The notes beneath the pieces were generated by a model. It searched no databases. It saw only the letters and a program-made list of their open reading frames with translations, and had not been told where the DNA came from. From assembly GCA_022767075.1 (NCBI GenBank), contig JALEPP010000050.1:120-64119 (forward strand): a stretch of 64,000 nt of DNA, in the 5' to 3' direction. A program made the translations under genes and the position numbers. Below, one piece after another: positions 58,406-64,000 of this stretch (the stretch's first letter is position 1; each line of letters opens with the position of its first letter). Source of the DNA: Agathobacter sp. (GTDB lineage Bacteria > Bacillota > Clostridia > Lachnospirales > Lachnospiraceae).

Positions 58406-59542
58406 TTACTGGCTGTAAATCATAGCAAGCACTTCTGCCACTGCCTGATACAGCTCCGGAGGGATTTCCTCTCCGATTTCCACATTGGCATAGAGTGTTC
58501 TTGCCAAAGGCTTGTTCTCCACAATTGGTACGTGATGTTCTTTTGCAACCTCTTTGATTTTCTGAGCAATGAAATCCTCACCTTTTGCAAGAACCACCGG
58601 GGCTGTATGACTCTCTGCATCATAACGAATGGCCACTGCGAAGTGGGTAGGGTTCGTGATGACAACGTCTGCTTTTGGTACATCCTGCATCATTCTTCTC
58701 TGGGAAGCCTCCTGCATTCTTCGACGCTGCTGTCCTTTAATCTGTGGATCTCCCTCTGTATTCTTGAACTCATCCTTAACCTCTTGCTTGGTCATCTTCA
58801 TATCTTCATTAAACTTGTGCTTCTGATAAGCCCAATCGATAATTCCAACCAAAAGATAAATGATACTGATTTTCAAACCGGTATTGATAATGATATTACC
58901 AATTAATGCAATCGCTTGATTCAGCTCAAGCTCATAAAGGATAAACAGCTTATCCGCATCTCCCTTTATGGTGGTATACGCCACATATGTAATCAGCGAA
59001 ATCTTTGCAATAGACAGCACAAGATTGAACAGTGATTCTTTTGACAGGATACGCTTAAAACCATTAATGGGATTAAACTTGTCAAGCTTGGGTTCCATTG
59101 GCTTTGTTGATATCTGCCACCCTACCTGAATAACAGAAATCAAAAATGTAATCACCACACCGAATAGAAAAAACGGAAGACATGCAATGAGATAGTCCAG
59201 TATCATCTGTAGGAACATACCATGAACCGCCACGCTGGACAAAGATTCCCTGTTAATCTCCAAAAAACTGGGAATCTGTGTATATACCTGACGGAAACTA
59301 AGAATCAGTCGATTTCCCACAAACGAGACAAATATCTTCAAAACCAGAAAAAGGACGATAAGGTCAAAGGCTGCAGTAAGCTCCTTGCTCTTTGCTACCT
59401 TTCCCTCTTCTCTGGCATCCTTCAATTTCTTCTGAGTAGCCGGTTCGGTCTTATCCGCTCCGTCCCCCTCAGCGAAGAACTGAAGATTATAACGCAATAT
59501 CAAGTTGTCCGCTTCATACTCAGTGCATACTTTCAATGACAA
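58406..59542 (-). CDS. flhB: Flagellar export protein FlhB (start codon uncertain; only TTG candidates)
   Basis: KTEPAT, EGDPQIK, NPTH autocleavage motif, IVENKPLARTLY. Confidence 0.97.
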   Translation of the reverse strand: MSLKVCTEYEADNLILRYNLQFFAEGDGADKTEPATQKKLKDAREEGKVAKSKELTAAFDLIVLFLVLKIFVSFVGNRLILSFRQVYTQIPSFLEINRESLSSVAVHGMFLQMILDYLIACLPFFLFGVVITFLISVIQVGWQISTKPMEPKLDKFNPINGFKRILSKESLFNLVLSIAKISLITYVAYTTIKGDADKLFILYELELNQAIALIGNIIINTGLKISIIYLLVGIIDWAYQKHKFNEDMKMTKQEVKDEFKNTEGDPQIKGQQRRRMQEASQRRMMQDVPKADVVITNPTHFAVAIRYDAESHTAPVVLAKGEDFIAQKIKEVAKEHHVPIVENKPLARTLYANVEIGEEIPPELYQAVAEVLAMIYSQ

Positions 59543-60299
59543 GGGTCACCATATCCTTCATTTCATTTTCTATAAAGCTTGACACACTTGGAAGTAAAAA
59601 AACAGTAAGTAGCATCACTGCCATACCAACCAAGACCTTCATCTGCATACCAACCGCAAACATATTCATCTGCGGTGCCACCTTTGCCATAATGCCCAAA
59701 ACACAGTTCAGTATCATGATACAGGCAAAAAACGGAAGATAAATACGAAAACCGATGGTCATCATATCCCCCATGTATCGGGTCATTACACGAAGTAAAT
59801 TATCCCACTGAAACTCTACTCCTCCTACCGGAATCAGCCGGAAGGAATCCGCCGCCGCTCGAAGGACATAGGTATGCATCCCTGAAACCATAAGCAACAA
59901 TAATACCAGATACTGATACAGGTTTCCTGAGATGGTAACCTGAGAGTTTAAATCAGCGTTAAACTCTGTAGCCATGGAAAGGCCAATATCCATATCCACA
60001 ATATTACCTGCAAATAAAACAATGGAACTACAGATGTTTGCAGAAAAACCAATAAGCAGACCTGTAATTCCCTCTTTCATGACTAACACTGCAAAACCAA
60101 TGACACTGGAATATGCCAATGGTGAATAACCAAGCACGCCATATAGCATAATAGAAACAAAGCATGCAAGGCCGATTTTAAACTGATTGGGAATTCCTCT
60201 CTGACTGAAGAATGGTGCTGCAAAGAGGAATGTGGAAATACGCACTAAAATCAGCAGGAAATATTCAAAATGTTCCAAAGAAAACGTGATATTTACCAT
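59520..60299 (-). CDS. fliR: Flagellar export protein FliR
   Basis: Hydrophobic; AGNIVDMDIGL, KVAPQMNMFAVG. Confidence 0.95.
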   Translation of the reverse strand: MVNITFSLEHFEYFLLILVRISTFLFAAPFFSQRGIPNQFKIGLACFVSIMLYGVLGYSPLAYSSVIGFAVLVMKEGITGLLIGFSANICSSIVLFAGNIVDMDIGLSMATEFNADLNSQVTISGNLYQYLVLLLLMVSGMHTYVLRAAADSFRLIPVGGVEFQWDNLLRVMTRYMGDMMTIGFRIYLPFFACIMILNCVLGIMAKVAPQMNMFAVGMQMKVLVGMAVMLLTVFLLPSVSSFIENEMKDMVTLVIESMH

Positions 60300-60302
60300 A
60301 GA

Positions 60303-60581
60303 TTATCCCAAACTCAAATAATATCCAAAATTCGACCAAAGATTGGTCATAAGACCAGTCATCTTGTCAAGCATCCAGGAACCAAAAATTATGATTCCAA
60401 GAAATACTCCAATAATTTTAGGAACAAAGGTTAAGGTCTGTTCCTGTATAGAGGTAACGGTCTGAAAGATACTAACCAGCAGACCGATAATCAACGAAAT
60501 CAAAAGCAAAGGAGCCGATACAATGATGATGGTATAAATGGTATCCCTTGCAATATCCAGTACAACACCTTGCGAAATCAT
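60303..60581 (-). CDS. fliQ: Flagellar export protein FliQ
   Basis: GLLVSIFQTVTSIQEQTLTFVPK. Confidence 0.98.
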   Translation of the reverse strand: MISQGVVLDIARDTIYTIIIVSAPLLLISLIIGLLVSIFQTVTSIQEQTLTFVPKIIGVFLGIIIFGSWMLDKMTGLMTNLWSNFGYYLSLG

Positions 60582-60592
60582 AGCATCCTCCT

Positions 60593-61447
60593 TTACATAA
60601 ATGTCTCAACCAGGCCCTTAATCACCAGGCCCCATCCATCTGCCAGTACAAACAACAAAATCTTAAACGGCAGGGAAATGGTCGTAGGCGGCAGCATCAT
60701 CATACCCATAGACATCAGCACCGATGCCACAACCATGTCAATTACAATAAACGGAATATAGATTAGAAAACCGATGATAAAAGCCGTGCGAAGCTCGCTG
60801 AGCATAAATGCCGGAACTAATGTGGTAAACGGCACCTCATCATAGCTCTCGTACTCCTCTCCGGAGATATCAACAAAAATCTTTAAGTCCTTGGTCTGGG
60901 TCTCCCCATACATAAAATCTCTGAGGGGCTTTTCCGCCTCTGCCAACGCCTCGGTCTGGGTAATTGTGCCCGCATCCAAAGGCTTGATTGCCTTTTCATT
61001 AATCTCTGTGAAGGTAGGCCACATAATAAAACAGGTAAGGATTAGCGCAAGTCCGATTAACACCTGGTTGGGTGGCGCAGTCTGTGTACCTATTGCTGTC
61101 CTCACAAAGTGAAGAACGATTATAATTCGTGTGTAGGATGTCAACATAATCAGCAAGGTTGGTGCCAATGCAATAATGGTTAAGGTCAACATCATACGAA
61201 TTGGAGTAGACAAAGAACCTGAATTGTTGGTGTAGGTAAGTGCAAGACCATCTGTCTGATTAGAGGTGGTATCCTCCGGGGTATCCGGTCCGCGATGAAT
61301 ATCATTGATATCCTCAGAACCGATAGATGCCGCATATGCAGTTGTCTGCCCGGTCATAGAAAAACCGAAGGAAAACAGGAGCACTGCCAAGGCAAATATC
61401 ACAGAGCCAAGGCAATACCGTTTTTTCCACTTACTCAAATGCTTCAT
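60593..61447 (-). CDS. fliP: Flagellar export protein FliP
   Basis: TSYTRIIIVL, PPNQVLIGL, PAFMLSEL, MGMMMLPP, LFVLADGW. Confidence 0.98.
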   Translation of the reverse strand: MKHLSKWKKRYCLGSVIFALAVLLFSFGFSMTGQTTAYAASIGSEDINDIHRGPDTPEDTTSNQTDGLALTYTNNSGSLSTPIRMMLTLTIIALAPTLLIMLTSYTRIIIVLHFVRTAIGTQTAPPNQVLIGLALILTCFIMWPTFTEINEKAIKPLDAGTITQTEALAEAEKPLRDFMYGETQTKDLKIFVDISGEEYESYDEVPFTTLVPAFMLSELRTAFIIGFLIYIPFIVIDMVVASVLMSMGMMMLPPTTISLPFKILLFVLADGWGLVIKGLVETFM

Positions 61448-61449
61448 AA

Positions 61450-61842
61450 TTATTCCTTCTTATCCGAATTGTTTCCAAGCTTCTCTTTTGTCCTTTGAAG
61501 TAATTGTTGAAAGCTTTCTGTGTGTCCAAAGGCATCCTCTGTCACACAGTTTGGAAGCTCTTCCTTGGTAATCTTGGAGATAAGATGAACCTCATCCTTC
61601 CCTACCGATACCACTAGATAGATTTCTCCCAGAGCAACAAGACTTAAGTATTTGCCATTGCCGATAGAGATAGTCTCTATAACCTGCATGTTATTTCCCG
61701 CGTTCTTAGACTTTTGAAAATTGGCCATGTATCTTGTTGCCAGCCAGGTAATCACAAGAACGAAAAGGAAAATCAATAATACTCCAAGGAGCTCCAAGAA
61801 ACTCTCAGTAGACGAACTCATCAACAGCATAGGCTTATCCAA
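61450..61842 (-). CDS. fliO: Flagellar protein FliO/FliZ (start may be ATG at 61830)
   Basis: Single TM then NMQVIETISIGNGKYLSLV; between cheY and fliP. Confidence 0.85.
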   Translation of the reverse strand: MDKPMLLMSSSTESFLELLGVLLIFLFVLVITWLATRYMANFQKSKNAGNNMQVIETISIGNGKYLSLVALGEIYLVVSVGKDEVHLISKITKEELPNCVTEDAFGHTESFQQLLQRTKEKLGNNSDKKE

Positions 61843-62197
61843 TTACTTTTCTAACCGCTTCCAATACGCGGTCCGGCTGGAATGGTTTTACAATAAAATC
61901 CTTGGCTCCGGACTGAATAGCCTCGATAACCATCGCCTGCTGTCCCATAGCGGAGCACATAATAACATTGGCATTTCCATCATTTGCACGGATTTTCTTT
62001 AGTGCCTGGATTCCATCCATCTCCGGCATAGTGATATCCATAAGTACCAAATCCGGCTGTAATTCACTGTATTTTTCTACAGCAATGGCGCCATTCTCGG
62101 CTTCACCGGCTATCTCATATCCATTTTTCGTGAGGATATCCTTAATCATCATTCTCATAAATGCCGCATCGTCACATATTAATACTCTTTTTCCCAT
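61835..62197 (-). CDS. cheY: Chemotaxis response regulator CheY
   Basis: DDAAFMRMMIK, MDITMPEMDG, SAMGQQ, DFIVKPF. Confidence 0.97.
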   Translation of the reverse strand: MGKRVLICDDAAFMRMMIKDILTKNGYEIAGEAENGAIAVEKYSELQPDLVLMDITMPEMDGIQALKKIRANDGNANVIMCSAMGQQAMVIEAIQSGAKDFIVKPFQPDRVLEAVRKVIG

Positions 62198-62240
62198 TGT
62201 TCTCTCCTAATTGATTCTTCTCATATTTCTTTTTATTCTT

Positions 62241-63464
62241 TTATACTGATTTTCCGTTATTGATGATCTCTGTAATACGAACACCAAAGCTTTCCTCAAT
62301 GACTACTACTTCTCCCTTAGCCACATACTTGCCATTTACCAACACATCGATTGGCTCACCGGCGATTTTATCAAGCTCAATAATCTTTCCAGGTCCAAAA
62401 TCCAAAATATCGGAAATGGATTTCTTGGTTTTGCCAAGCTCAACGGTAACCTCAAGAGGTACATCCATAATCAAATCAATGTTTTCAGGCTGATAAGCAT
62501 TGAGCGGAGTTCCCGTAAAATTCGTAAACTGTGCCTGCTGTACATTGACCGGCTGCCCCATCATTGGCTGCCCCATCATTGGCTGCCCCATCATCGGCTG
62601 GCCCATCATTGGCTGGCCCATCATTGGCTGGCCCATCATTGGCTGGCCCATCATTGGCTGGCCCATCATCGGTTGCCCCATCATTGGCTGCCCCATGCCT
62701 GCATCCATAGTCCCCGTCGGGGTTGCCATCTGTGGCTCCATCTGAGGCTGTGGGGCCGGCTGCGGTGCGGAGGCTGAAGTCTGATCTGTCTCTATCTCCA
62801 TATTCTGGGATACACCCTGACACATCTCTTTTGCAAAAGAGAATGGATACAGCTGCATAATCTCACTGTCCACCAAATCTCCGATCTCCATCTTGAAGGA
62901 AATCTTTACAAATGGCTTTGTCAGGAACTGATCAATGGAGCTCTCATCAAAATCCTCCTGCAAATCAACCAAATCGGAAATTGGCGGGCTGATATCAATC
63001 ATACGATTCAGCATAGATGAAAGGGACGTGGCACTGGAACCCATCATCTGGTTCATGGCTTCACTGATCGCACTCAAATGCAATTCTCCAAGCTCCCCAT
63101 CCGTGTTGGTTCCATCTCCACCCATCATCAAATCGGTGATAACCTTAACATCATGTTCTTTTAAAACCAAGAGGTTACTGCCATCCAAACCAACCGTGTA
63201 CGCAATTCGAATAAACACGCACGGTTTCTCGTAGGAATGAACAATCTCATTCCAGGTACACGAAGATACAACCGGTGTTGAAATCTCTACCTTTCTGTTA
63301 ACCAGAGAAAACAGCGTGGTTGCTGCAGTTCCCATACTGATATTGGCAATCTCGCCAATGGCATCCTTTTCATCGTCAGTAAGGTATTCATCGGAAGTGC
63401 CTGCTGACTGACCCGGGTCATTTAACAAAGCATTGATTTCTTCCTGTGATAATACTCCATCCAT
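62241..63464 (-). CDS. fliY: Flagellar motor switch phosphatase FliY
   Basis: LSQEEINALL, DAIGEIANISMG, SAISEAMNQMMG; FliN-like C-terminal domain DVPLEVTVELG...GEVVVI. Confidence 0.97.
   Translation of the reverse strand: MDGVLSQEEINALLNDPGQSAGTSDEYLTDDEKDAIGEIANISMGTAATTLFSLVNRKVEISTPVVSSCTWNEIVHSYEKPCVFIRIAYTVGLDGSNLLVLKEHDVKVITDLMMGGDGTNTDGELGELHLSAISEAMNQMMGSSATSLSSMLNRMIDISPPISDLVDLQEDFDESSIDQFLTKPFVKISFKMEIGDLVDSEIMQLYPFSFAKEMCQGVSQNMEIETDQTSASAPQPAPQPQMEPQMATPTGTMDAGMGQPMMGQPMMGQPMMGQPMMGQPMMGQPMMGQPMMGQPMMGQPMMGQPVNVQQAQFTNFTGTPLNAYQPENIDLIMDVPLEVTVELGKTKKSISDILDFGPGKIIELDKIAGEPIDVLVNGKYVAKGEVVVIEESFGVRITEIINNGKSV
62551..62696 (-). repeat. 10 x 15-bp coding tandem repeat (MGQPM) in the FliY linker
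   Basis: Consensus GGCTG(C/G)CCCATCATT on the plus strand, near-identical contiguous units. Confidence 0.97.
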
Positions 63465-63471
63465 ATAATGC

Positions 63472-64000
63472 CTACTCCTCCCTAATCACTGATGTGACTC
63501 TTACTGCATATTGCTCTCCCGATGCACCGGGCAAAGCTTTAAATTTCTGAATATTTCCTACAAAAATGTCTAATTCCTCATCAACCTTTCGGTTCAACCG
63601 AATGATGTCTCCTATCTGAAGTCCCATAAAATCATTTACGGAGATACTGCTCTTTCCAAGAACAGCCTTTACCGGGACCTCTGCCCGATTAATCAGAGAT
63701 TCTATCATTTCTGAATAATCCGTCGCATCCTGTTCTGCCATATTGGAAAACCAGTATTTGGTATTTAACTTATCCATGACATCCTCAAGGGTGATGTAAG
63801 GAAGACAGATGTTCATCATTCCATCCACATCTCCCACCTTAACATTTAAGGTGACAATGGCAATCATCTCACTTGGAGAAATAATCTGGGCATACTGGGA
63901 ATTGGTCTCAATTCGTTCCAAATGGGGTTGTATCTCCACAACATTTTCCCAGGGTTCCACCAACAAATTCATACAGACCACTATGATTCGTTCTATAATC
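63472..64000 (-). CDS. fliM: Flagellar motor switch protein FliM, 3' part
   Basis: RIETNSQYAQI, GMMNICLPY, LQIGDIIRL SpoA domain; upstream of fliY. Confidence 0.95.
   Translation of the reverse strand, partial: IIERIIVVCMNLLVEPWENVVEIQPHLERIETNSQYAQIISPSEMIAIVTLNVKVGDVDGMMNICLPYITLEDVMDKLNTKYWFSNMAEQDATDYSEMIESLINRAEVPVKAVLGKSSISVNDFMGLQIGDIIRLNRKVDEELDIFVGNIQKFKALPGASGEQYAVRVTSVIREE

Noticed and set aside
59500-59545. Frameshifted fliR-flhB fusion gene
   Set aside because: Fusions exist in some clostridia, but FliR ends at a normal length, FlhB has its own typical N-terminal motif, and no slippery sequence is evident.
62551-62696. CRISPR array (also considered for 44250-44407)
   Set aside because: Units are contiguous without unique spacers, are multiples of 3 inside ORFs, and no cas genes are present.
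1-64000. tRNA, rRNA, IS element, prophage or defence system
   Set aside because: Intergenic gaps are short and explained by promoters, leaders and terminators; no transposase, integrase, phage or defence-type ORF was recognised.

Overview
Chromosomal core region of a motile, low-GC Firmicute, most likely Lachnospiraceae (inferred from protein sequences and gene content). Almost all genes are on the minus strand. Read from the right end, it preserves the Bacillus/Clostridium-type order: end of the fla/che operon (fliM-fliY-cheY-fliOPQR-flhBAFG-pilZ-cheBAWCD-fliA-fapA plus uncharacterised genes), then rpsB-tsf-[degV, deacetylase-like, bactofilin]-pyrH-frr-uppS-cdsA-dxr-rseP-ispG-polC. About 22 kb of other genes follow (carbohydrate ABC/GH3/AraC locus, DUF5050, pheA-ppx-ppk1-HAD, PHP, infC-rpmI-rplT, araC/galE, P-type ATPase), then rimP-nusA-ylxR-ylxQ-infB-rbfA-nrnA-truB. 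I saw no tRNA, rRNA, CRISPR array, transposase or prophage gene. Best leads: (1) ppk1 is broken by a single in-frame TAG just before a conserved active-site His; (2) a membrane-anchored NodB-fold protein lacking all three metal ligands abuts a bactofilin with an apparent internal start, a possible undescribed cell-shape module; (3) shared operator motifs in the sugar locus; (4) repeat expansions in linkers of core proteins. All family calls are from motif recognition by eye, not database searches.
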